NCBI GenBank assembly: GCA_031362805.1
Contig: JANLTG010000126.1
Coordinates: 66,426-130,425, forward strand
Origin: a bacterium
GTDB lineage: Bacteria > Verrucomicrobiota > Verrucomicrobiia > Limisphaerales > RI-55
Reading direction: 5' to 3'
DNA length: 64,000 nt
Position numbers and translations under genes: made by a program. Within the stretch, counting starts at the first letter, position 1. Every line of letters starts with the position of its first letter. Below the pieces are notes generated by a model. The model saw only the letters and a program-made list of their open reading frames with translations. It did not search any database and was not told the DNA's origin. This document shows positions 46,634 through 55,702 of the stretch, piece after piece.

Positions 46634-47377
46634 GTGCAGACCACGCGCGCTCTCCGAAAGGCCTACGAACTCATGCGGCGGCACCACGGTCATCTGGCTT
46701 GGTGGCCCGGCGACACGCCCTTTGAAGTCGCGGTGGGAGCGGTCCTCACGCAGAACACCGCCTGGTCGAACGTGGAAAAAGCCATCGCGAATCTAAAACG
46801 CGCGAACTCGCTTGAGCCGCGCCAGATGTTCGCCTTGCCCGAGCCGGAGCTCGCCGCACTCATCAGACCTGCGGGTTACTTCAACGTGAAGGCCCGCCGG
46901 CTCCGCAACTTCCTCCGCGTGCTCGTGGGCGATTACGACGCCAACCTCGAACATCTGCTCGCCGGAGAAACGGCCGCGGTTCGGGCGCGCCTGCTGGCGA
47001 TCAACGGCATTGGTCGCGAGACCGCCGACAGCATCCTGCTTTATGCGGGCACGCATCACAGCTTCGTGATCGATGCCTACACCAAACGCATCTTTGAGCG
47101 ACATGGCTGGTGGCGGGAAGAGCCGGAGTCAAAACATTCAACGTCCAACGCTCAACGCCCAACGTCCAAAGGGAACACGCCGGAGACCTACGAGTCGCTC
47201 AAGGCGCTGTGTGAAAATTCCTTGAAACACCAACCGCCCGCCGCGCGCCTTGATTACTGGCGCGATTACCACGCGCAACTGGTGATGATCGGCAAACACT
47301 TCTGCCGCCCGCGCGAGCCAAAGTGTGAGCAATGCCCGTTGCAATGCCTGCTTCCAGCAGCGCGCCCCAGCACCTGA
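46634..47377 (+). CDS. HhH-GPD endonuclease III-related glycosylase
   Basis: WWPG..PFEV.VGAVLTQNTAW.NVE, GIGRETADSILLY, C-terminal CxxxxxxCxxCxxxxC-like Cys cluster. Confidence 0.9.
   Translation: MQTTRALRKAYELMRRHHGHLAWWPGDTPFEVAVGAVLTQNTAWSNVEKAIANLKRANSLEPRQMFALPEPELAALIRPAGYFNVKARRLRNFLRVLVGDYDANLEHLLAGETAAVRARLLAINGIGRETADSILLYAGTHHSFVIDAYTKRIFERHGWWREEPESKHSTSNAQRPTSKGNTPETYESLKALCENSLKHQPPAARLDYWRDYHAQLVMIGKHFCRPREPKCEQCPLQCLLPAARPST
47133..47167 (+). repeat. Five tandem heptamers inside the endonuclease III-related gene
   Basis: AACATTC AACGTCC AACGCTC AACGCCC AACGTCC. Confidence 0.75.
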
Positions 47378-47398
47378 ACGTCACGCCGCTGACTTGGC

Positions 47399-48391
47399 TC
47401 ACGGCTTTACCACAATCTTCCCTGCGATCGCGCCCGACTTCTTGATCGTCGCGTCTTCCTGGAGTTGATGCGCCTGGGCGGCTTCGCTCAACGGAAGCAC
47501 GCGATCGATCTTAGCCTTGAGCTTGCCCGCCACCAACCAGCGGTTGAGATCTTCCGCGCAATGGCGCTGTTCCTCGGGCGTGGCCAGGAACATCACGAAG
47601 CCGTGCAGCGCGCAACCCTTCACGTAAAACGGCCCGACGGGAAACGGCGGACGCGCCTCGCGCCCAGCCATCACAATCATTCGCCCGCGCGCCGCCAAGG
47701 CCGCGACTGCCACTTCGAAGTCCGGCTCGCGCGTGGTCTCCCACCAGACATTCACGCCGGCGGGCGCGACCTTCTTCAGCTCGTCGCCAATCTTCTGCGT
47801 CCGATAATTGAACGCCGCATCCGCACCCAGCGCCTTGCAAGCCGCCACTTTTTCGTCCGATCCAGCGCAGGCAAATACCTTTGCGCCGATCGCTTTCGCC
47901 ATCTGGATCACCGTGGACCCCACGCCGCCGCTGCCACCGTTGACGAAGATGGTTTCGTGCGGTTTGAGCTTCGCCTCACGCACCAACCCGAGGTGCGCCG
48001 TGATGCCCACAAGCGCGAGGGCTGCGACCTGTTCGTCACTCACGCCGGCTGGCGTCGGATAGAGGAAGCACTCATCTACGGCGGCGAATTCTGCGAAGGT
48101 TCCCTGCCGGCCGAGCAGGCCCTGGTTGCTGCCCCACACGCAATCGCCCGGCTTGAAACGAGTGACGTCCGTGCCCACGGACTCGACCACACCCGCCAGA
48201 TCGCACCCGACCACGAACGGTTTCGGCAGTTCCATCGGCACGAGTCCGGAGCGGATGTAAGTGTCGATTGGATTGACGGAGGCCGCAGTGACCCGGACGA
48301 GCGCCTGGTTGTGTCGCGGTTCGGGCCGAGGCAGTTCCCCGAACTGAATGTTGGAAGCGGGACCGGTGGCATTGATGAAGGCGGCTTTCAT
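47399..48391 (-). CDS. NADPH:quinone reductase (MDR/zeta-crystallin family)
   Basis: ASVNPID, GCDLAGVVE.VG, NGGSGGVG, GKIVV. Confidence 0.9.
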   Translation of the reverse strand: MKAAFINATGPASNIQFGELPRPEPRHNQALVRVTAASVNPIDTYIRSGLVPMELPKPFVVGCDLAGVVESVGTDVTRFKPGDCVWGSNQGLLGRQGTFAEFAAVDECFLYPTPAGVSDEQVAALALVGITAHLGLVREAKLKPHETIFVNGGSGGVGSTVIQMAKAIGAKVFACAGSDEKVAACKALGADAAFNYRTQKIGDELKKVAPAGVNVWWETTREPDFEVAVAALAARGRMIVMAGREARPPFPVGPFYVKGCALHGFVMFLATPEEQRHCAEDLNRWLVAGKLKAKIDRVLPLSEAAQAHQLQEDATIKKSGAIAGKIVVKP

Positions 48392-48462
48392 GCGCCGAGC
48401 TTTGTCTGGCGCGGGCTGAACGTCAACGCGGCGAGTTGCTCTTCGCTTGCTCCGACCGCAAC

Positions 48463-49065
48463 TTACTCCGCCAACGCCAGCGGCATCCGGCCTTCGAACT
48501 TGTCGGCGACGTAGAACACCAACTGCAGCGCGCCGCTTTCGTCCTTCTTCACCTCGATCTCGATCGGCGTTTCCTGCGGCACTTTCATCGACTTCAACAT
48601 GACCTCAAGCAACGGCTCCTTGCCCTTGCCGAACACCTGGAGTTTGCCGCCGTCACCATAGCGCTCGTACGCCAGATGAAACATGCTGACCTCAATCTCG
48701 CCCTCGTCGGCCTTCACCTTGATCAGGCGGAGCGCCTCTTTCGGCACCGCCTTGCCGTTCACCGTCGGCACAACTTTGTGCAGCCACAGCTGGCCGGCCG
48801 GAATCACCGTCTTGCGGCGGGCGTCATGGATGCGGTCGCTGAGCGAATAAACCGGCACTACGAGCGCCGCCGCCTTGCCGTCGCCCTTGATCGCGCACGG
48901 CTTGAAGGCGTTGACTTCGAGCCTGAACGGCGCGTCCTTCAATTCGCCCAGCGCATTGTTCAAGTGCAGGACCGCCTTCTGCGCCTCTTCGAGCGGCGCG
49001 CGCTCGACCTGTGAGTGGGCGACGGTGGCAACGAATGTGAGCAGAATGAACAACGGTGTCTTCAT
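48463..49065 (-). CDS. Secreted hypothetical protein
   Basis: Signal peptide MKTPLFILLTFVATVAHS; GC3-rich codon usage like neighbouring genes. Confidence 0.7.
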   Translation of the reverse strand: MKTPLFILLTFVATVAHSQVERAPLEEAQKAVLHLNNALGELKDAPFRLEVNAFKPCAIKGDGKAAALVVPVYSLSDRIHDARRKTVIPAGQLWLHKVVPTVNGKAVPKEALRLIKVKADEGEIEVSMFHLAYERYGDGGKLQVFGKGKEPLLEVMLKSMKVPQETPIEIEVKKDESGALQLVFYVADKFEGRMPLALAE

Positions 49066-49148
49066 GAGTCAGCGCGGGCGACGCTAGCTGTAACCCCGCC
49101 AATATCCATCAATAAAATGTCGCTCCCGTTGGCAGGGCCAAACCGGCG

Positions 49149-50579
49149 TCACAGACTCGTTGGCCCGCCCTCAGTGCGCTTGTGTTCGAGCCGGTACCGG
49201 ACGTAGTCGCGGGAAACTCCGAGCAATCGCGCCGCAGCCGAAACGTTGTGGTCGGATTGCTTGAGCGCGTGCTGGATCAGACGATTGATCGCCTGTTCAA
49301 GCGAGAAGCCGTCAGTTGAAAAACGGAATTGCTCATTGAACCATTGATCCGGCGGCAACCCGCCGGAAGTTGCACCGGCGCCGACCGCGCTGCCGAGGTG
49401 CTCCAATTCGAGTTGGTTGCTGTGCTCAAACAAAATTGCGAGCTCCAGCTCGTGCGCGAGCTCCCGGACATTGCCGGGAAACGGATGGCTCAACAGCCGC
49501 TCGCGACCGGCCTCACTGACCTTGCGCAGCGGCACGCGGTGCTTGCGGCAAAGTTGCGCTATCAAATGTTCCGCGAGCTTGATGAGATCACCCCGACGCG
49601 CGCGCAGCGGTGGGAGGCTAAGATGAAACAGATCGAGTCGTTGGTAGAGATCCGCGCGCAATTCACCGGCCGCAATCGCCGCGCGCACGTTGCGGATGGA
49701 CGCCGCGATGATGCGCACATTCACGCCCACCGGTTTGTCGCTCCCGACCCGATGCACCTGCCCTTCTTCAATGGCCGACAGCACTTTGGACTGCAAGGCC
49801 AGCGACAAACTCGGCAGTTCATCGAGAAACAGCGTCCCGCCGTCCGCCGCCTCGAACAGTCCCATGTGCGCCGTCTTCGCGTCTGAGAACGCGCCGCGCT
49901 CGTGTCCAAACAACTCGGACTCGGCCAGCGACTCGGGCAGCGCCGAGCAGTTCACCTCGATCAATGGCGCCTTCGCCCGTGGTCCATGCTGATGAATCCA
50001 CCGGGCAATGGACGTCTTGCCGGTGCCGGACTCGCCTTCGATCAATACCGGGGACGCTGGCGCTTCTGTCCCCATGCGCACCTCGGCGGCGATGATCTTG
50101 TTGATGCGCTCCTGCAACGCAGCGAGGGCCCCGCCAAAGAAAAACGTGGGCTCGTTGCGCGCCAGCTCCGAGTGCCGATGCTGCTCCCCGCGATCCGTCT
50201 GACGCGCGCGACGCACCCGCCGAATCACGAGCGGTAACTCCGCCGCCTCAAAGGGCTTGGTCAGGAAATCCGCCGCTCCGAAGCGCAGCGCCTCGACCGC
50301 GGCACTCACTTCGGCCCCCGCGGTCATCACGATCACGGCAGTGGTGTAGCTCAACGCGCCCGCCTTCAACAATTCCGTGCCCCGACCGTCCGGCAGATTC
50401 ACGTCCAGCAACACGAAGTCGAAGCTCAACGTTTCCGCCAGGCCGCGCGCCGTCGCGAGGTCACCCGCCTGCGATGTGTCCGCGCCCAACCGCTCGAGCT
50501 GGGCGGCGAGCTGTTTACGGAACAGCGCCTCGTGATCAACGATCAGAATACTCACACCCGCGAGTTCCAAGGAAGGCAT
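49149..50579 (-). CDS. NtrC-family sigma54-dependent response regulator
   Basis: Receiver (LLDVNLPD), GESGTGK, ESELFGHERGAFSDA, LFLDE, FPGNVREL, Fis-type HTH. Confidence 0.9.
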   Translation of the reverse strand: MPSLELAGVSILIVDHEALFRKQLAAQLERLGADTSQAGDLATARGLAETLSFDFVLLDVNLPDGRGTELLKAGALSYTTAVIVMTAGAEVSAAVEALRFGAADFLTKPFEAAELPLVIRRVRRARQTDRGEQHRHSELARNEPTFFFGGALAALQERINKIIAAEVRMGTEAPASPVLIEGESGTGKTSIARWIHQHGPRAKAPLIEVNCSALPESLAESELFGHERGAFSDAKTAHMGLFEAADGGTLFLDELPSLSLALQSKVLSAIEEGQVHRVGSDKPVGVNVRIIAASIRNVRAAIAAGELRADLYQRLDLFHLSLPPLRARRGDLIKLAEHLIAQLCRKHRVPLRKVSEAGRERLLSHPFPGNVRELAHELELAILFEHSNQLELEHLGSAVGAGATSGGLPPDQWFNEQFRFSTDGFSLEQAINRLIQHALKQSDHNVSAAARLLGVSRDYVRYRLEHKRTEGGPTSL

Positions 50580-50698
50580 ACGCGAAGGTTGCCGGTAACC
50601 AGCCGTCATGAAAACCGAAAACAACCACAACCTTCCAGGGCCGAAGCCCAGGCAGCTTTTATGCGAATCACCAAAGCAGCGCAAAATCCCACTCATTC

Positions 50699-50742
50699 TC
50701 TACACTTGTAGATTTTAGGGTTGACGCCTCTACATCTGTAGA
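50699..50742 (+). promoter_or_regulatory. Two BlaI/MecI operator boxes flanking the -35
   Basis: TCTACACTTGTAGA (50699-50712) and TCTACATCTGTAGA (50729-50742) match TACA-NN-TGTA; TTGACG at 50721. Confidence 0.85.
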
Positions 50743-50773
50743 TTTACAACCGGACATTCACTCCAAGCACATC

Positions 50774-51160
50774 ATGCCTGACCAACCTGTCGAACTCACC
50801 GAGGCCGAGTGGGCCATCATCAAAGCCGTCTGGGAACACGAGCCTACGACGGCGCCTGTCATTCAGGAAAAACTCAGCAAGGCCACCGGCTGGACCTATA
50901 GCACTGTGCGCACGTTCATGGATCGCATGGTCGCCAAGGGTCTGCTGCGCGCGAAGAAGGACGGCAAGTCCACCACGTTCACCTCGGCGGTCACCCGCGA
51001 CGAAGCGCAGCGCGGCGAACTGCTCTACGCGCTCAAGCACGCGTTCAACGGCGCGCTCACCCCGATGGTCCAGTGCCTCCTCGAATCGCAGAAGTTCAGC
51101 GACGCCGACATCGCCGAACTTGAATCACTCATCCGCGCGCGGAAACGGAGGGCGAAATGA
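50774..51160 (+). CDS. blaI: BlaI/MecI/CopY family repressor
   Basis: LTEAEW.IIK.VW, W.YSTV.T.MDRM..KG, F.G...P.V..L. Confidence 0.92.
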   Translation: MPDQPVELTEAEWAIIKAVWEHEPTTAPVIQEKLSKATGWTYSTVRTFMDRMVAKGLLRAKKDGKSTTFTSAVTRDEAQRGELLYALKHAFNGALTPMVQCLLESQKFSDADIAELESLIRARKRRAK

Positions 51161-51215
51161 AGACACCCACGAACGGTAGGGCAAGGCTCCTGCCGAGCCC
51201 CATATTCTACGGAAG

Positions 51216-51265
51216 GGCGACATTCCTGTCGCCCCGTCGAGCCCATCAGCGACAGGAATGTCGCC
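51216..51265. repeat. REP-like perfect 17-bp inverted repeat
   Basis: GGCGACATTCCTGTCGC - 16 nt - GCGACAGGAATGTCGCC. Confidence 0.8.
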
Positions 51266-51290
51266 GTTCCATTTTCAACCCGCCAAGGAC

Positions 51291-53441
51291 ATGAACTCGT
51301 TCATCGAACAACTGAACCGCTGGGGAGAAGCGGCGATCCCATTCGCCGCGCAAGTGCTCTGGCAAACCAGCCTGCTCATCATCGTGCTGCTTGCGCTCGA
51401 TCTGCTCCTGCGCCACCGCATCCGCGCGGGCTTCCGTTACGCGCTGTGGATGCTGTTGCTCGTGAAGCTTGTCCTCCCACCATCGTTCGCACTCCCGACG
51501 GGTGCCGGCTATTGGATCGACCGCACGGCGAAGGTCCAACCGCTGCCACAACCGCCGGCCGCCCGGCAGCCCGTCGAGGTGATCTACTCCGACGCCACGC
51601 CGGAGCCGATCGACTTTGATCTCCTGCAATCCACCGAACTATCTCCGGCGCCTTCTGTTAAGCCTGTTCAAACCCCCAGGCTAACGCGGGCGGGCGGGTT
51701 GCTGGCCGCCTGGGCTGGCGGAACCTTGCTGTTGTTCGCGTGGATGCTCTGGCGCTGGTGGTGGGTGATCCGGCTCGTACGAGCGAGCGAGCCAGCGCCG
51801 GATGAGTTGCGAGCACTGGAAGTTGGAGTTCACGCTTTAGCGTGCTCAGGTGACCCGCTCCAAACTCAGCCCGTCACAGCCGGCAAGCTGAAGCTTGGAC
51901 TCCAGCCAGGCTTGCGCCTCACCGACACTGCCATGTCGCCGGCGGTGTGCGGTTTGTTCCAGCCGGTGATCCTGCTGCCACGCAAGCTGGTTGATAAACT
52001 CTCTATCGAACAACTCCGCACGGTGTTGCTGCACGAGTTGATTCATCTGCGCCGGCGCGATCTGTGGGTGAACTGCGCGCAGACGCTCCTGCAAATCGCC
52101 GCGTGGTGGCATCCGCTGTTGTGGGTGGCGAACGCCCGCATTCGCCGCGTGCGCGAGGAAGCCGTCGATGAAGCCGTGGCCTGCGCCCTGCGCGCCGACG
52201 CCGACACCTATCCCGCCACGTTGCTGGAAGTCGCCAAGCTCACGTTCACACGCCCGCTTCTGACGCTCGGGCTGGTGGGCATCCTCGAATCGAAGAATGC
52301 GCTCAAGCAACGCATCCGCCGTCTGCTCGAACTGCCGCCGCTGGAAAGCACGCGGCTCAAGTGGTGGCAATGGGTGGCCGTTGCGGCGCTTGCGCTGACT
52401 GCCCTGCCGATGGCGCAGGGGCAACAAGCAACCGATCGGGCCAACGACAGTTCAGTCGATGTCCCGGCAAACGCGGAGTCCAAGCCGACCGTTCTGGTTC
52501 AAATGGAGACGCGGGTGTTCCAGCTCCATCCCGTAACTTTCTATCAGTCACTGGAGCGCATCTCTGAGAGCTTGCCTCCTTATACGAACTCCAGTGGTGC
52601 GATTCTAAAGGGGTCGCTGGCGTTTCGGTCCGCGGCCGAAGCAGACGGCGTGACCCTGGCTCACCACTTTGTTCGCGGCTACTTCGAGCAGTTCGGTGTT
52701 AAACTGGAGCCGCCCAAAGCGGTCATCTTCAATGTTCGGAAAGGAAGCCTACTGGTTCGAGCGACCATCAAGGAACTGGAGATCGTTCAACGCGCCATCG
52801 AGGCATTGAATACAGAACCGCCGCAGATAACCCTCACTGTGCAAGTCGTCGAAGTCAGACCTGAGGATGTCGCGGCACTCAGCAATGAAGTCCCCCAACT
52901 CAAGCCGTTGACGGAGGTCAACAGAAGTGAGGTTGCAACTCTGTCCGACTCCGAGCTGAACATCGCCACCAACCTGGTCGGGAATCGGGGTCTTGAACTC
53001 AAACACTTGATTCGAATTACCACATTGAGCAGCCACAACACCGAACTCAAACTGAGGGACACTCCATTGATTGTCGCACCCAAGTTTGGCCCCCAGTTCG
53101 ACAAGCTTGAAGTCAACGCTTACGCGTTGGTGGACCGCGAGAACCTTCAACTGACGATCATCGCGACCATCCGCGCGCGCACGGTTGACGACCTGGGTAG
53201 AGGCTCGCCCCACGCCTACTTCGTCAGCCAGAAGGCCTCGACTGCCGCGATGAAGAACGGCGAGACGATTGCATTGGCAGTTTCCGCGGGACTGGAAGAC
53301 TTGGAGAAAAACGACGGCAACCATAAAACCCTCGTCTTCATCACGCCGACGATCATTGATCCGGCCGGGAATGCGGTCCACAGCCCGGAGCAGATGCCGT
53401 TTGCGAAAGACGCGATTCCGCCTCAGCCGAAGGAAAAGTAG
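51291..53441 (+). CDS. BlaR1-like peptidase M56 fused to a C-terminal secretin-like region
   Basis: RYALW.LLLVKLVLPP, SPAVCG..P.ILLP, LHELIH (HExxH), WWHPL.W, REEAVD; C-terminal LLVRAT..EL..V, PPQI, NGET, LVFITPTII. Confidence 0.85.
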   Translation: MNSFIEQLNRWGEAAIPFAAQVLWQTSLLIIVLLALDLLLRHRIRAGFRYALWMLLLVKLVLPPSFALPTGAGYWIDRTAKVQPLPQPPAARQPVEVIYSDATPEPIDFDLLQSTELSPAPSVKPVQTPRLTRAGGLLAAWAGGTLLLFAWMLWRWWWVIRLVRASEPAPDELRALEVGVHALACSGDPLQTQPVTAGKLKLGLQPGLRLTDTAMSPAVCGLFQPVILLPRKLVDKLSIEQLRTVLLHELIHLRRRDLWVNCAQTLLQIAAWWHPLLWVANARIRRVREEAVDEAVACALRADADTYPATLLEVAKLTFTRPLLTLGLVGILESKNALKQRIRRLLELPPLESTRLKWWQWVAVAALALTALPMAQGQQATDRANDSSVDVPANAESKPTVLVQMETRVFQLHPVTFYQSLERISESLPPYTNSSGAILKGSLAFRSAAEADGVTLAHHFVRGYFEQFGVKLEPPKAVIFNVRKGSLLVRATIKELEIVQRAIEALNTEPPQITLTVQVVEVRPEDVAALSNEVPQLKPLTEVNRSEVATLSDSELNIATNLVGNRGLELKHLIRITTLSSHNTELKLRDTPLIVAPKFGPQFDKLEVNAYALVDRENLQLTIIATIRARTVDDLGRGSPHAYFVSQKASTAAMKNGETIALAVSAGLEDLEKNDGNHKTLVFITPTIIDPAGNAVHSPEQMPFAKDAIPPQPKEK
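51824..51904. repeat. REP-doublet-like element, in frame within the M56 gene
   Basis: TGGAGTTCACGCTTTAGCGTG ... CAAGCTGAAGCTTGGACTCCA; inverted, 17/21 identical; 81 bp in total. Confidence 0.65.
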
Positions 53442-53610
53442 CTACCCCAGACCGCCGCTACAATTTGGCAGCGGTGGGCGGGCGCGGTATGCAGGCACTG
53501 AGCTTTACGCGAATTCCGCGAAGGGAATGATGGAAGAGGCGCGGATAAGTCTCGGCGCTATTGGCCCTCCCCGACCAGCGCGGAACGAAGGTTCCTAGCT
53601 TGCCTTCCCC

Positions 53611-53632
53611 CAAGTTGACAACTTGACAAGTT
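53611..53632 (+). promoter_or_regulatory. Probable TA operator (overlapping palindromes)
   Basis: CAAGTTG-A-CAACTTG and AACTTG-A-CAAGTT, about 25 nt upstream of the antitoxin. Confidence 0.6.
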
Positions 53633-53657
53633 TGGAAGCGGACGGTTTCCTGCCCTC

Positions 53658-53897
53658 ATGAAGACGATGACGGTGGCGGAATTCAAGGCGGGCTTCTCGT
53701 CCGTGCTCGACGAGATCACGCGCGGCAAGTCGGTGGCCATCGGCTACGGGCGAAACCGCGAGAAGGTGGCGGTGGTGATTCCGTGGAAGGAATACCAGGC
53801 CGGCACCCGGCCGAAGCTCGGCGTGCTCAAGGGACGCGCCACGTTTCGGATCAAACCGGGCTTCAAGCTGTCCGACGAGGAGCTGCTGACATCGTGA
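53658..53897 (+). CDS. Phd/YefM-family antitoxin
   Basis: MKTMTVAEFKAGFSSVL....G..V.I; GTGA overlap with the toxin gene. Confidence 0.85.
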   Translation: MKTMTVAEFKAGFSSVLDEITRGKSVAIGYGRNREKVAVVIPWKEYQAGTRPKLGVLKGRATFRIKPGFKLSDEELLTS

Positions 53898-54292
53898 AGC
53901 TGCTGCTCGATACGCACGCCTTTCTCTGGGCCTGCATGGAACCGCGCAAGCTCGGCGCCCGGGCCCGGGCGGCGATCAACGATCCGGCGAGCGAAGTGTT
54001 CGTGAGCGCGATCACTTTCTGGGAGATCTCGCTGAAGTATGCGCTCGGCAAGCTGGATTTGCAGGGCGTGACGCCCGACGCGCTGCCGGCCGCGGCCGGG
54101 GAATCCGGTTTCAACGTGTTGCGGCTCGAACCGGAGCACGCCGCTTCTTTTCACCAATTGACGCGCACCAGCCACAAAGATCAGTTCGACCGGATGCTGG
54201 TGTGGCAGGCCATTGGCGCGGACCTGACCTTGATCTCGAAGGAAAAGTTTCCGGCCGAGTACCTGAAGCTGGGGCTGCGGGTGGTCTGGTGA
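53894..54292 (+). CDS. vapC: PIN-domain (VapC) toxin
   Basis: LLLDTHAFLW, VSAITFWEI..K...GKL, HKDQFDRMLV.QA. Confidence 0.9.
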   Translation: MKLLLDTHAFLWACMEPRKLGARARAAINDPASEVFVSAITFWEISLKYALGKLDLQGVTPDALPAAAGESGFNVLRLEPEHAASFHQLTRTSHKDQFDRMLVWQAIGADLTLISKEKFPAEYLKLGLRVVW

Positions 54293-54353
54293 GGATCGTT
54301 ATCTTCCGGCGGCCCGCCAATCGCTACTTCGCGGGAACCATGCAGTTGGATTG

Positions 54354-54503
54354 GGGAGGGCACGCGTCTCGCGTGCCACGGAGCCGTCCCGTCGACGCCT
54401 GCCGGCGGCCACGTCTGGGCAAACCAAACGGTGCGGGTCGGGACGGGAGACAAACCGTGTTCGGCGCGACGCCGAACACGGCACGCGAGACGCGCGCGCT
54501 CCC
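54354..54503. mobile_element. MITE/REPIN-like non-autonomous element
   Basis: 24-bp terminal inverted repeats (22/24) GGGAGGGCACGCGTCTCGCGTGCC / GGCACGCGAGACGCGCGCGCTCCC; internal hairpin CGTGTTCGGCG-CG-ACGCCGAACACG. Confidence 0.6.
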
Positions 54504-54679
54504 CGGAATGGAATCGTAGGCTGAGAGATCGGATTCAACTAGCGCGTCTCAATTCTGGCGCAACTGCGGCGGCTGATCCCGCGCCGCGCCGGACACAGCC
54601 GCGCCTCAGGGACAGATACCGCATTTGCCTCCCTGCTTGCGTTGGGGCGGGGTCTTCCTAGACTCTTGGCCCATCGCGC

Positions 54680-55678
54680 ATGATCCGCTCGCTTGTATTC
54701 ACCACCCAGGGCCGGCTGCACAGCAAGGACATCGATGTGTTCCTGATGCCCACGCTGCTGGCGGACACGAACCTTTTCCTGTGGGTCGATCTGGAAGCCG
54801 CCACGCCGGAGGAAAGCAAGGCCCTGCTCGAAGGCGTGTTTCACTTTCATCCGTTGTCCATCGAGGACTGCATCCAGGTGAGCTCGTCGCCGAAGGTCGA
54901 GGAATACACCCCGAAGGAAGGCGACTTTTTTTCGCCCTATCTCTTCATGGTGATCCATGCGGTGAACTACAACCGCAAGGATGGCGTGTTCGCGACCACC
55001 GAGCTGAACTTCTTTCTGGGGAAGAACTACCTCGTCACGTATCACGATCTGCCGATTCGCGCGGTGACGCAGACGGAGGATCGCGCGGTCCATTCAAAGA
55101 TCCACATTGCGCGCGCGCCGGACCGGGTCGCGCACACGTTGCTCGATGAGATCGTGGACAACTACAAGCCGGCCTTGGAGGAACTCTCCGTTGAGATCGC
55201 CGAACTGGAGCAGGAAGTGTTGACGCGCCCGGACAAGTCGGTGCTGAACAAGTTGATCGCCATCAAGAAGGAGGTGCTGCATCTCCGGCAGATCATCGGG
55301 CCGCAACGCGAGGTGCTGGCGCGGTTTGCGCATGGCGAGTTCAAGCTGATCCGCGCCCATCTGGTGCCGTATTATCGCAACGTGTATGACGGGTTGTTCA
55401 AGATCTACGAGATGGCGCAGGGCTACACCGACTCGCTCACCGCGATCCTGCACGTGTATCTCAGCATGACGTCAAACCAGACGGGCGAGGTGGTCAAGCT
55501 ACTGACCTTGATCACGATTATTACCACCCCGATCATGATCGTGGGAACCTGGTACGGCATGAACTTTCCCGACATGCCGGAGATACATCAGCCGCATTCC
55601 TACCGCATCGCCGTCGCGGTGACGGTGGTGGCAACGGCCATCACCTACTGGTATTTCAAGCGGAAGAAGTGGTTCTAA
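54680..55678 (+). CDS. corA: Magnesium/cobalt transporter CorA
   Basis: WVDL, FHPLSIEDC, PKVEEY, YGMNF..MPE, two C-terminal TM helices. Confidence 0.93.
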   Translation: MIRSLVFTTQGRLHSKDIDVFLMPTLLADTNLFLWVDLEAATPEESKALLEGVFHFHPLSIEDCIQVSSSPKVEEYTPKEGDFFSPYLFMVIHAVNYNRKDGVFATTELNFFLGKNYLVTYHDLPIRAVTQTEDRAVHSKIHIARAPDRVAHTLLDEIVDNYKPALEELSVEIAELEQEVLTRPDKSVLNKLIAIKKEVLHLRQIIGPQREVLARFAHGEFKLIRAHLVPYYRNVYDGLFKIYEMAQGYTDSLTAILHVYLSMTSNQTGEVVKLLTLITIITTPIMIVGTWYGMNFPDMPEIHQPHSYRIAVAVTVVATAITYWYFKRKKWF

Positions 55679-55702
55679 CACTCCGGGCCGCGCGACGTTT
55701 TC

